Below are positions 1 through 8,461 of a stretch of DNA of 64,000 nucleotides, in pieces. Within the stretch, counting starts at the first letter, position 1; the number at the start of each line of letters is the position of its first letter. Location: positions 90,802 through 154,801 of IMG/VR virus record IMGVR_UViG_3300043449_002688. One strand, written 5' to 3'. Under the pieces are notes generated by a model. It had not been told where the DNA came from and ran no database searches. It saw only the letters and a list, made by a program, of their open reading frames with translations. This DNA is from a virus. Made by a program: the position numbers and the translations under genes.

Positions 1-1099
1 TTAATAATTTTGAGGTAGGTTCCCAAGCTAATGCATATCTGGCCTGAGAATAAGGAGTATTTTTTCTTGGTAAAAAGAATTTTAAATCATCAAAACTGCT
101 TTGAGTTACTCTAAATCTATAATCGTTTGATTCAGGAGGGTCTATATCGGGAGCTGAAGATTTCAGCGCAGTAAAATCTGGTATTTCTATCTCAAAATAT
201 CCTGCATTACTGGCTACTGTACTTAAAGGTGGAAATCCTGATGTAGAAGGTGGAGCAATTTTTGTAACTTCAAAAGTCCCTTCAATGCCATAGCTTTGAA
301 AACCTTGGCCATAAATCATAACATTATCGCCAACAAAAGCTTGATCTAACTTAGGTTTTGGTCCAGATATCCAACGAAATCTATAAGTCGAACCTACGTT
401 TCGAGTAATTTCCCAAACTGTAGTATTGCCTTCTTCTAAAAAAGTATCTCTTATGATAGGGAATTCTAATTGATTTTGAATTCTGCCGCCAAGAATTTGT
501 ATATAAGAATATGGGCCTTTGGCTCCGCCATAAATGCGAACATATTCTAATCCTGATTCTGGGTCAATAATAACTTCTGCGTACCCATTTAACCCAAAGC
601 TTCTGATAAAGTTAGTAATAACATTTGCCAATTCTGGGGCAGTTGCCTGTTGAATGTTTTCAAATTCTGCTTCAGAAATAACTAATGTGAGGATTTGATC
701 ATTTTCTAATGCAAAAGTTAAATCATCTCCATCAGCTAATTGATATGGACCTGCAATACTAGAAGTGCAATGCGCTCTAACGGCTTCATCTCCGTAAAAA
801 GTGCTTAAAATTGCATGAATTGATTCGGTAATTTGTTTTTGGGCGTTTACTTGTATGCCCATTTGCTTAAAGGCTAGATCTTCCATCCCAAGCTCTGGTG
901 GTCTAACAATACCAAGAGCTGACATGTTTTTATCTAAATAAACGCCAGAAGAGGCAGTTATAGTTAATTGGTCGTTAACGGCAATGGAAAGCTGTTCTTG
1001 TTTTTCAGCTTCATCAGCAAGAGCGCCAAGAATAGCATCGAAATTTTCCCCTTGAATAAAGGGGCTAATAAACTGTCTAAGAAACGCCTTTTTGTCCAT
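1..1099 (-). CDS. baseplate wedge-like structural protein (3' end runs off window)
   Basis: Hand-translated open frame from ATG at 1099 (MDKKAFLRQFISPFIQGENFDAILGAL...ASSGVYLD...GIVRP). It has the AxGxYLD..G..R motif of gpI/gp7-type wedge proteins and a GPYQL...EF.....ATAxE module also seen in the 13201-19776 protein. Late motif lies 9 nt upstream. Not in the ORF track. Confidence 0.7.
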   Translation of the reverse strand, partial: MDKKAFLRQFISPFIQGENFDAILGALADEAEKQEQLSIAVNDQLTITASSGVYLDKNMSALGIVRPPELGMEDLAFKQMGIQVNAQKQITESIHAILSTFYGDEAVRAHCTSSIAGPYQLADGDDLTFALENDQILTLVISEAEFENIQQATAPELANVITNFIRSFGLNGYAEVIIDPESGLEYVRIYGGAKGPYSYIQILGGRIQNQLEFPIIRDTFLEEGNTTVWEITRNVGSTYRFRWISGPKPKLDQAFVGDNVMIYGQGFQSYGIEGTFEVTKIAPPSTSGFPPLSTVASNAGYFEIEIPDFTALKSSAPDIDPPESNDYRFRVTQSSFDDLKFFLPRKNTPYSQARYALAWEPTSKLL

Positions 1100-1108
1100 T
1101 ATTTCAAT

Positions 1109-1117
1109 AAGATTAGG
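1109..1117 (-). promoter_or_regulatory. putative late promoter motif CCTAATCTT
   Basis: One of 11 identical copies upstream of minus-strand structural genes. Confidence 0.7.
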
Positions 1118-1120
1118 CTA

Positions 1121-1342
1121 TTAAAATCTAACCTTTGCAGCTAGTTTGGCAAAATAAACTCGTGCTTCTAAAGAGAATTTAGAGTCTACAGCAAGCAGAA
1201 TTAAAGCCTTGTCTAGGCTTAAGTTATGTTTATGCCTGTAAGCTTCAACTACAGCCCTCAAGTTCTTTTCCATTTCTAAGCCAATTTCACCGAATTTTGT
1301 TATTTTTTGCTGCTCCACTACGGGACACTGTAATTTGTTCAT
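1121..1342 (-). CDS. hypothetical protein
   Basis: 73 aa ORF, ATGA-coupled to the upstream ORF. Confidence 0.6.
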   Translation of the reverse strand: MNKLQCPVVEQQKITKFGEIGLEMEKNLRAVVEAYRHKHNLSLDKALILLAVDSKFSLEARVYFAKLAAKVRF

Positions 1343-1479
1343 TCTTCTTCCACCTTAATATACCCAATTTCTTCAGAAATCATAACAATTTTAAGTAATT
1401 CCGACTCTTGCTCGACTAAAGAAGAAATAACTTCATTGCCAACTGAAGTAATTAAAAGCTCGACTTGCTCTTTAGTCAT
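1339..1479 (-). CDS. small hypothetical protein (46 aa)
   Basis: Hand-translated MTKEQVELLITSVG...KVEEE*; ATGA overlaps with both neighbours. Confidence 0.55.
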   Translation of the reverse strand: MTKEQVELLITSVGNEVISSLVEQESELLKIVMISEEIGYIKVEEE

Positions 1480-1712
1480 GTATTTTCCTTTGCTTGGTTT
1501 AATTTTTCTTCTAAGTCTTTAACAATTTTTCTTAATTGGACAATTTCTTCAATTAGAGCACAATATAAATGGGCGTCATTATCGACCAAATTTGTATATC
1601 TTGTAACCGTTACTTGAAATGTGCTATCTTTAGCTAAGATAACTTCATCGAAAAAATTTGGTTTTGCAGGAACAACAAAAGTGGTTTTATTTTCTGTTTT
1701 TGGATCTTCCAC
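1476..1712 (-). CDS. hypothetical coiled-coil protein
   Basis: 78 aa ORF, GAGG upstream of GTG start. Confidence 0.6.
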   Translation of the reverse strand: MEDPKTENKTTFVVPAKPNFFDEVILAKDSTFQVTVTRYTNLVDNDAHLYCALIEEIVQLRKIVKDLEEKLNQAKENT

Positions 1713-1805
1713 AATTACCTCAAAAAGTTAAAAACGTAGGGAACAAGTTTGTTAGAATTCCGTCTTTTTAAATTAACCTGTCCCCTACATTTTTGTTAAT
1801 TGTAA

Positions 1806-1979
1806 TTAATTTAAAAGAAAAGCCAATTTCATCATTACAGCTATAAATACTGGGGAAGTAAAGGCTATTATTGCTGATGAGACAACAAAATTTGCAATAT
1901 CTGTTTCTGGCTCAGAAATATATTCATTACCTTCTTTGTCCACAAAAATATAGTCTTCTTTGCAGTATTCTTTAAACAT
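1806..1979 (-). CDS. small membrane protein (57 aa)
   Basis: Hand-translated MFKEYCKEDYIF...; hydrophobic C-terminus; GAAAGG upstream. Confidence 0.45.
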   Translation of the reverse strand: MFKEYCKEDYIFVDKEGNEYISEPETDIANFVVSSAIIAFTSPVFIAVMMKLAFLLN

Positions 1980-2150
1980 AAAAACCTTTCTGTTTAAAAG
2001 GTACTTATTTAGTGTAGCTTATATTTTTATAAAAACAACAAAAAATAAATAAAAGCGCGGCAAATAACGGTTAACGGTCCTTTTACTCTTATATGGGTTG
2101 AAGGTTCACCAAATTTTACGTTACTGCCGCAAAAATAATATTAACAAAAG

Positions 2151-2307
2151 TGTGGTAGGCAGGGCGCGATTCCTGCTCTAATCGTCATTAGTCAACCGCA
2201 TCGGAACGTCTCCGAGTCTAGGTTAGCGTGTCTCCAGTGGCGGTTCAATTTATTGTTTATAACTGGCTGCCGCCCCAGTCACCACAGCTTTCCACGCCGC
2301 TACCACA
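2151..2307 (-). ncRNA. tRNA-like ncRNA (expanded D-loop, no canonical anticodon arm)
   Basis: Terminal stem TGTGGTAG/CTACCACA, GCGTG...CACGC D-like stem, T-like hairpin GCAGG-AATCGCGC-CCTGC abutting the 3' acceptor strand; GC-rich within AT-rich DNA. Confidence 0.6.
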
Positions 2308-2326
2308 AAATAATATTAGCTAAAGC

Positions 2327-2518
2327 GAGACCAGCCAGACGCGACCCTGGCTACGAGCGTACTGAGGTTCAACAGCTACCAGGGACGTATCCCATGCAAG
2401 TGATTACCCTCGTCTTCGGCTCCGAGTATTGTCTTCTCTCTGCGTGTCCCAGAGTGAGCAGCTAACGCATCTCCTGACGAATTCTGTTCACCACTCAGCG
2501 ACTTCACGCCTTGGTCTC
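2327..2518 (-). ncRNA. tRNA-like ncRNA, paralog of 2151-2307
   Basis: Terminal stem GAGACCA/TGGTCTC, GCGTG...GACACGC, T-like hairpin GCCAG-GGTCGCGT-CTGGC; stems co-vary with the neighbouring element. Confidence 0.6.
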
Positions 2519-2530
2519 AAGAATAAACTA

Positions 2531-3493
2531 TCACAATCTGCTACCATTTTCAAGAGCAGTATTACTACTAACTTGAACAACAACAGCTTTTTCTCTAAAT
2601 TCTCTAATATTGCTTGCGCCTACATAAGTAAAAGCACTTCGAATTCCGCCTTCAATGTCTTGCATTACATCTTTAACAGTAGAGGTAACTTTAACATGCC
2701 CAGAAACACCTTCTGCCGTTCTCCAGTCAGCCAATTTATTTTGAACAGCATAAGATTCTTGGGAAGCACTGCCCCTATATGTTTTATGTCCATTGATATT
2801 AGGTGCAGCAGATTCTTCTGTTTGGGCAAGCATTTTGCCTACCATTACAGCTTCAGCTCCTGCGGCTAAAGCCTTTACTACATCGCCTGCAGACTTGATT
2901 CCGCCATCAGCAATAACGTAATGCACTTTAGCGCATTCTTTTACGGCACTAAATTGCGGCATCCCTACGCCAGTTTTAATTCTAGTAGTACAAGCCGCTC
3001 CAGGACCAATTCCAACCTTAAAAGCAGTAATGTTATACCCTTTGCTGCGTTTCAAAAATTCTTCTACGGAAGAAGCGGTAGCAAAATTGCCTACAATTAA
3101 TTCTACGTCATAACGATCTAATAGCCATTTTGCTTGATCTACAACCTGTTGTTGTGCCCCATGAGCTACATCAATAATAAAACGATAAGCTCCACTAACT
3201 GCTAAAGCAGCGGCTCGCTCTCGCTCTAATTCTCCCATACCGATTGATACCCAAGTTTCTTTAGGAGAGTTTTTATATAAATTTATGTTTTCTTTAATAT
3301 CGGCAAAACGATGAAGGCAGCCCACACCTCCGGCATTTGTCATAGCATGAGCCATATTAGGTCCAGTAACAGAATCCATATTGGCTGAGATTACTGGTAT
3401 TTTTAAACCAAAACTACTAACGTCTACATCTTTTCTTGAGTTTATTTCTGAAAACTGTGGCAAAATTAGAACATCATCATAGGTCAAAAGCAT
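2531..3493 (-). CDS. IMP dehydrogenase / GMP reductase family protein (no CBS domains)
   Basis: LTYDDVLILP, ISANMD, IDVAHG, KVGIGPGAACTTR (catalytic Cys), IADGG, YRGSAS and EG motifs. Confidence 0.9.
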   Translation of the reverse strand: MLLTYDDVLILPQFSEINSRKDVDVSSFGLKIPVISANMDSVTGPNMAHAMTNAGGVGCLHRFADIKENINLYKNSPKETWVSIGMGELERERAAALAVSGAYRFIIDVAHGAQQQVVDQAKWLLDRYDVELIVGNFATASSVEEFLKRSKGYNITAFKVGIGPGAACTTRIKTGVGMPQFSAVKECAKVHYVIADGGIKSAGDVVKALAAGAEAVMVGKMLAQTEESAAPNINGHKTYRGSASQESYAVQNKLADWRTAEGVSGHVKVTSTVKDVMQDIEGGIRSAFTYVGASNIREFREKAVVVQVSSNTALENGSRL

Positions 3494-3544
3494 TGAAGCT
3501 CCAATGAGGTTAGGTTTGGTTAAAAAGTCAAAGAACTGTTTTTA

Positions 3545-4699
3545 TTATTTCACTGAGGTCATTGCATTTTCAATCAAAACTTCATACTTGGAAATATTTT
3601 CAGGATTGTTTATCATATATCTGTAAGCAAATTCTCGTGACTTCTTAAGATACTTTTCATTTGGATGCTCAACGCTATCAAAATGCTTAGCAATATAATT
3701 TATATGCTCTACAGCAATAACGGAATTGTTTTCTGGATAATACCAGCCTAAATCTTTCATCATAGGGCTGTTGTGAACTACAGGCCAGCCAAGCCAAGCA
3801 GCATCAAGATAAAGATAATTTAATTCGCAACCATTTTGATGGCAAAGTAAAATATCTACGTGTTTATACAGTGACCAAACAACTGGATATCGTGCTTCGA
3901 ATGTCATCTTTTTGGCTTTATAAATATCTAGCCCAATAGCAAAGTTAATTAGGTCTTTTTTCTTTTTAACTTCTGCTGCACCAAATACTTTCATGTCGCC
4001 AACTGATTCAGGATATTTTCTGTATAATAATTCCGCAGTAATGATAGGAACTGAGCAAGTTTTAACCATATTTAGGTTGGGCTCCATAGTTGCTATTTTC
4101 TTTGCTTGAACCCCATTTGGCGCATAAACTCCATTGTAATCTGAGTTTTCTTTTTTTAAGACTTCAACGTGATGTTGGATAAACCTTGGGTCCCAGATAT
4201 ATGGTCCTTCTAAAACTGGACAATCAAACATTGCTTCAAAAAAGTAACGATCTCGATCATAAAAATGGCCGCTCATCCAAATAGCGCTCAAATGAGGGTT
4301 TCTTGAATAAATCCCACTAGTAGGAAGATTAAATAACATAACCTCGTTAAACATATTAAGTTCTGCTCCAAGAACTTGCTTAACGATTTTTTTACCTTTG
4401 CTTTTAAAGTGAGCATATTCATCTAAATGTAAACTGCCATGACAAACTACAATTAGATCGCACTTTTCTTCAATCTCTTCTAATGGAATTATGTAATCAG
4501 CGTAAGGCTCCCAAGACGTATTTTTAAAACTTTCTTTTGTTACGTTGGGATGGGCATTGATGATATATGCATTGTTGACGTTTTTACATTTAGAATACAT
4601 TTCTCTAAGCAAAATAACATTTTGCCTAATGCCATTGCTAAATAACGAATCTTCTTTAGGGTTTTTAATAATTATTGTAATGCCAACATTATATTTCAT
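3545..4699 (-). CDS. DUF2827 family protein (putative glycosyltransferase-like)
   Basis: SLFSNGIRQN N-terminal motif, MEPNLNMVKT, NYLYLDA...GWPVVHNS C-terminal motif. Confidence 0.75.
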   Translation of the reverse strand: MKYNVGITIIIKNPKEDSLFSNGIRQNVILLREMYSKCKNVNNAYIINAHPNVTKESFKNTSWEPYADYIIPLEEIEEKCDLIVVCHGSLHLDEYAHFKSKGKKIVKQVLGAELNMFNEVMLFNLPTSGIYSRNPHLSAIWMSGHFYDRDRYFFEAMFDCPVLEGPYIWDPRFIQHHVEVLKKENSDYNGVYAPNGVQAKKIATMEPNLNMVKTCSVPIITAELLYRKYPESVGDMKVFGAAEVKKKKDLINFAIGLDIYKAKKMTFEARYPVVWSLYKHVDILLCHQNGCELNYLYLDAAWLGWPVVHNSPMMKDLGWYYPENNSVIAVEHINYIAKHFDSVEHPNEKYLKKSREFAYRYMINNPENISKYEVLIENAMTSVK

Positions 4700-4731
4700 T
4701 TTGCCGCCTTAGATTGTGTTTATTTATAATT

Positions 4732-4760
4732 AATATACTTGCAAAAAGACTTAAAATCAA
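4732..4760 (-). promoter_or_regulatory. sigma70-type promoter (TTGATT-17-TATATT)
   Basis: Consensus-like hexamers upstream of the DUF2827 gene, divergent from the 4814 promoter. Confidence 0.5.
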
Positions 4761-4813
4761 GTTTAATTGTCTTTAATGAGAATATCTAAAATTGATACAT
4801 TTGTAAAAAATAC

Positions 4814-4841
4814 TTGATTATTTTTGTTAGTATGATATTCT
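4814..4841 (+). promoter_or_regulatory. early sigma70-type promoter (TTGATT-16-TATTCT, extended TG)
   Basis: Same architecture and A-rich UP tract as the copies at 8847 and 9347. Confidence 0.65.
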
Positions 4842-4869
4842 ATGTTTGTACCTAACCAAAGGAGCTTTT

Positions 4870-5106
4870 ATGTTTAAGGCAATGGAAGATCTAATTGAAG
4901 AAGGTAAAACTGTTGATTTGCGCCTTCGCCCTTCTTATCGTCTTGGTTTCCTTAAAGGTGCAACTATGGTTACAAAAATTCAGCTTGAAACTCTTATGGA
5001 GAAAATCCAAAGAGGTGACAGCAAAGAAAGCCTTGAAAGATATGTGACTTCTATTTTGGCTGATTTGGCTAGGACTGAAGAAGCTGTAGAAAAAATGGGT
5101 TCTTAA
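4870..5106 (+). CDS. hypothetical early protein
   Basis: AAGGAG then ATG at 4870 (track start 4846). Confidence 0.65.
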   Translation: MFKAMEDLIEEGKTVDLRLRPSYRLGFLKGATMVTKIQLETLMEKIQRGDSKESLERYVTSILADLARTEEAVEKMGS

Positions 5107-5118
5107 AAAGGAGCATGT

Positions 5119-5316
5119 ATGTCACGTATAAAATGTGCCGTATGCAATAAAAACCCAGTTAAAACTAAAATTTCTAAGCACTGGAAAACAAATAAGATTA
5201 TTAAACTTTACGAAGCTACTTGCAATGGCTCTGATTGCGTTAACCAGTATAACGAAGTTTTAGCCGAGCTTTCTTTTCAAGAAGTATATTTTAGTTCGGA
5301 GTCTAACAATGGATAA
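5119..5316 (+). CDS. small Cys-containing hypothetical protein
   Basis: SD AAGGAG; CxxC and Cx4C. Confidence 0.6.
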   Translation: MSRIKCAVCNKNPVKTKISKHWKTNKIIKLYEATCNGSDCVNQYNEVLAELSFQEVYFSSESNNG

Positions 5317-5557
5317 CTGCCCTAATTGCAAGTCTAGCTGGATTGGTGAGCCAATTCCTGAAGTCCTTCGTCAGCATTACGGCGATGAAACTCATTGGCG
5401 CAGAGAAATAAACATTGACGGTGGCTACATGGGCATTTATGATGGAATAGTCGCAGTTATATGCCCAGACTGCAAAGAAGAATTTCCCCGAAACGATAGT
5501 TCTTGGGCGTTAGAAATGTTTAAGAAGTACCAAGAGGCTGTAAATGAGAGTAAATAA
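5309..5557 (+). CDS. zinc-ribbon hypothetical protein
   Basis: CPNC...CPDC; overlaps both neighbours. Confidence 0.65.
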   Translation: MDNCPNCKSSWIGEPIPEVLRQHYGDETHWRREINIDGGYMGIYDGIVAVICPDCKEEFPRNDSSWALEMFKKYQEAVNESK

Positions 5558-6146
5558 AGAAATAATCTCAAAATTAGGTCCATGTAAAAATAGGTTCGAT
5601 AATTATTTAGAATATTACTCTGACTTTGATGGAACCTTACAAGAATTTATTTTGCTAGATAAAATTACTCATAAAGACAAAATTTGGGTAATTACAAAGC
5701 TTTTTGATGACAAGCAAAAAAGTAAATGGGCTATTAAATGTGCTTTTAGCGTTTTATATATATACGAAAAGAGTTTTCCGTCTGACGATAGACCAAGAAA
5801 AGCTATAGAAGCCGCACAGGAATGCCTAAGTAATCCTGCTGCTCGTGCTGCTGCTTATGCTGCTGCTGATGATGCTGCTCGTGCTGCTGCTTATGCTGCT
5901 CGTGCTGCTGCTTATGCTGCTGCTTATGCTGCTTATGCTGCTGCTTATGCTGCTGATGATGATGTTACTCGTGCTGCTCGTGCTGCTGTTGATGCTGCTC
6001 GTGCTGCTGCTTATGCTGCTGCTGATGATGCTGCTCGTGCTGCTGCTTATGCTGCTGATGATGATGTTACTCGTGCTGCTGCTTATGATACGCAAAAACA
6101 ACTTAATTTAAAGTTTGCTATCGAGGTCTTAAATGAAACGAAGTGA
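5544..6146 (+). CDS. Imm5-like domain protein with Ala-rich repeat
   Basis: CA..VL.IYE...DDRPRKAIEAA followed by AAYAA/AARAA repeats, typical of this phage family. Confidence 0.65.
   Translation: MRVNKEIISKLGPCKNRFDNYLEYYSDFDGTLQEFILLDKITHKDKIWVITKLFDDKQKSKWAIKCAFSVLYIYEKSFPSDDRPRKAIEAAQECLSNPAARAAAYAAADDAARAAAYAARAAAYAAAYAAYAAAYAADDDVTRAARAAVDAARAAAYAAADDAARAAAYAADDDVTRAAAYDTQKQLNLKFAIEVLNETK
5837..6088 (+). repeat. low-complexity GCT-based tandem repeat
   Basis: Shuffled GCT/TAT/GAT/CGT codons, e.g. gctcgtgctgctgcttatgctgct repeated. Confidence 0.9.
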
Positions 6147-6366
6147 AATGATTGACCATATTGTCGCTGAGATGGTAGATGCTGAAGCCAATAGAAAATA
6201 TAGCAACGAAGCAGGCGAAGCTTATTTTAAGCGTAGAGCGGTTAGCTTACTAGATATGATTGAAGGGTTCGGTATGCTGCCTCCAGAGGTTCCGACTCTG
6301 ACTATCAATGGCGTCTCTTTTATAGCTAAAAATATTTGGGAGCCTGAAGATGAAAGCACTAAATGA
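6133..6366 (+). CDS. MKRSE-family paralog 1
   Basis: MKRSEM...GMLPP...WEPEDE. Confidence 0.7.
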   Translation: MKRSEMIDHIVAEMVDAEANRKYSNEAGEAYFKRRAVSLLDMIEGFGMLPPEVPTLTINGVSFIAKNIWEPEDESTK

Positions 6367-6805
6367 AGCATTGAATGAACTATCTTGGCAATTAAAAAAA
6401 ATTTCGCCATCTTTTAGTCAGGAAATTGATAGGTGTTTAACTGATTGGGCAGAAAAGAATTTTGATGTAATGTCTATCACTACGCATTTAAGCCAAGAAA
6501 TGGAGAATAGCGCTGCTGATCCCAGTTCTTTAAAAGCGCATTTATTGCAAAAAGCTCTATACGAGTCTGCAATTCAAATTGGTGCCAAATACGGTTTTGG
6601 GCAAGAAGAAGTAAAAATGCCTTGGAATCATTTAAGTAGGTCTACCGACTATTATGCTACATGGAAAGTAAATCCACATCAATATTCAAAAGAATTGTCT
6701 TTATCATTTGTTGTTTTGAAAAGACATCCTACATCATGGGGTTCTAATGAAAGCACAAGTGATTGGGTTAAAAAAATAGTAGGGGCTAAAAATGAAACGA
6801 AGTGA
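6350..6805 (+). CDS. hypothetical protein
   Basis: 151 aa; start embedded in the WEPEDE junction. Confidence 0.65.
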   Translation: MKALNEALNELSWQLKKISPSFSQEIDRCLTDWAEKNFDVMSITTHLSQEMENSAADPSSLKAHLLQKALYESAIQIGAKYGFGQEEVKMPWNHLSRSTDYYATWKVNPHQYSKELSLSFVVLKRHPTSWGSNESTSDWVKKIVGAKNETK

Positions 6806-7037
6806 AATGATTGAGCATATTGCCGCTGAGATGGTAGATGCTGAAGCCAATAGAAAATATAGCAACGAACCCAAGCAAGATTATTATTTACGTAAAGCTA
6901 CCGGACTATTAGATATGATTCAGGGATTTGGTATGCTGCCTCCAACTGTAGATGGAATTATTGAAGTTGAAAAGACTAATGATGAGGGCCTAGCCTTAAA
7001 GCTTTGGAGTTGGGAGCCTGAAGATGAAACGAAGTGA
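6792..7037 (+). CDS. MKRSE-family paralog 2
   Basis: Near-identical N-terminus to 6133-6366. Confidence 0.7.
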   Translation: MKRSEMIEHIAAEMVDAEANRKYSNEPKQDYYLRKATGLLDMIQGFGMLPPTVDGIIEVEKTNDEGLALKLWSWEPEDETK

Positions 7038-7461
7038 GATGGTTACATATCTTCATAATTTATTAAATACGTTTGAAAATTGCAGTCTAGATCGAGCAGC
7101 AGTAGATGAAATCCTAGAAGGATTAGAGAGCATGGGCATGCAACTAGTTGAGCAGTTAGAAGTAGTCCCTTGGGAGCCTGAAGAAGGCTGGGATATATAC
7201 TTACAAAAACAAGACGAAAAAGCCGAAGCTCGTGACTTCCATATCGCACCTAGACTGAATCCTTATAAAAACACCTATGATTATGAAATGACTACTCCCA
7301 TGATAATAGCTAATAGGTATTTATGGGGAGAATCTATTAAAGATCTTGCTAACGCATATAATGTGCCTCGTGAACGAATTAGGCAAATAATAGCAAAAGA
7401 ACGGCGTAGATATCAAAATTGGAAAAAAAGCCAACAAGGGTCTGAAGATGAAACGAAGTGA
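7024..7461 (+). CDS. MKRSE-family paralog 3 fused to a sigma70 region-4-like HTH
   Basis: C-terminal RYLWGESIKDLANAYNVPRERIRQI matches the sigma-4 helix-turn-helix. Confidence 0.7.
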   Translation: MKRSEMVTYLHNLLNTFENCSLDRAAVDEILEGLESMGMQLVEQLEVVPWEPEEGWDIYLQKQDEKAEARDFHIAPRLNPYKNTYDYEMTTPMIIANRYLWGESIKDLANAYNVPRERIRQIIAKERRRYQNWKKSQQGSEDETK

Positions 7462-7714
7462 AGTAGTAAAACAATTAACCGAACGATTTGAGCAAATGGA
7501 TTTGAATATTACTCCAGGCGTACTGGCAGAAATCGCTATGAGGATTGTTGAAGATGCAGGCATGCAACCTCCAAACATTACACTAAAAGAAATGTTCCCC
7601 GACTCGCCATTGCTTACAGCAGAAAATCATTATTATGGTGTTTGGGAAGAAGAAGATCTAAGCAGCTATCCTTCAATGACTGAAGATATCGACGACGTTC
7701 CTTTAAAAGGATAA
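7448..7714 (+). CDS. MKRSE-family paralog 4
   Basis: MKRSEV...GMQPP...WEEED. Confidence 0.7.
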   Translation: MKRSEVVKQLTERFEQMDLNITPGVLAEIAMRIVEDAGMQPPNITLKEMFPDSPLLTAENHYYGVWEEEDLSSYPSMTEDIDDVPLKG

Positions 7715-7716
7715 TT

Positions 7717-7935
7717 ATGAACAAACGTGAGCAAATTTTACTTGATTATGTTATTCAAAAAAGCTACACTGATCCAGAAGCTCAAGAAGTTTTAAATCAA
7801 TATGATGCTGAAAGAACAGGGCAAGAGTACAGCTCTGTAGCTTTAGTTAATTCCCTTATTAGAGATGGAAACATCAAGCTTGCTGAGCGAATTTTACAGT
7901 GTATGACTGGCGGAGATTATAAATATGAAACTTAA
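7717..7935 (+). CDS. hypothetical protein
   Basis: 72 aa in the tightly packed + strand operon. Confidence 0.6.
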   Translation: MNKREQILLDYVIQKSYTDPEAQEVLNQYDAERTGQEYSSVALVNSLIRDGNIKLAERILQCMTGGDYKYET

Positions 7936-8137
7936 AGAGCAATTAGAACTACAAAAAGACATCGAAGTTCCTTGGCATGTTTTTAGGTTTTTTGATGGTA
8001 ATACAAAAAAGATTGTTTTGGCTGGAGATCAAGCAAGTTTATCTTCAGAAGGCGATTTTGGCAGCTTACAAGAGCTACAAAAAGCCGTACAATGGTATGT
8101 AGAGCAACTGGGCGGTAAAGTTAAGTGGGATAAATAA
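7925..8137 (+). CDS. hypothetical protein
   Basis: 70 aa, GGAG upstream. Confidence 0.6.
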   Translation: MKLKEQLELQKDIEVPWHVFRFFDGNTKKIVLAGDQASLSSEGDFGSLQELQKAVQWYVEQLGGKVKWDK

Positions 8138-8200
8138 TCCAAGCTAAACATCTAATATTAATAGTTTATTCTATATTGGAATATGGAATAAGAACAGAGT

Positions 8201-8461
8201 GTGGTAATTAATATGGAAAGCGTACTTTGGCTATTTACAGGTACATTCTATTCTGGAGTATTGTTAACTGTAGGCTTGTTTGTATATAAGATTATTAAAA
8301 ATCAACCTTCTAAAAAGCTGTTTATTAATTTCTTAAAAATCTTAGGGATTGGGTTTGTTGCTTCTATGTTTCCTTGGCTTTTGTTTGGATTACTAGGGTT
8401 CCCTTCTGTTTTAGTAGCGAGTATAGCTGTTACCTTTGTCTTTCAAAAAGAACTTTCGTGA
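8201..8461 (+). CDS. small membrane protein
   Basis: About three hydrophobic segments. Confidence 0.55.
   Translation: MVINMESVLWLFTGTFYSGVLLTVGLFVYKIIKNQPSKKLFINFLKILGIGFVASMFPWLLFGLLGFPSVLVASIAVTFVFQKELS

Noticed and set aside
2151-2518. tmRNA or ordinary tRNA genes
   Set aside because: No 7-nt anticodon loop at the canonical position, no TTC T-loop, no G3-U70 Ala acceptor or recognisable tag frame, and two separate closed units.
2253-2869. + strand ORFs 2253-2465 and 2429-2869
   Set aside because: Antisense to the structured RNAs and the IMPDH/GMPR gene; no SD; atypical composition.
5826-6111. Poly-Ser (5826-6101) and poly-Leu (5845-6111) ORFs
   Set aside because: Alternative frames of the GCT repeat.
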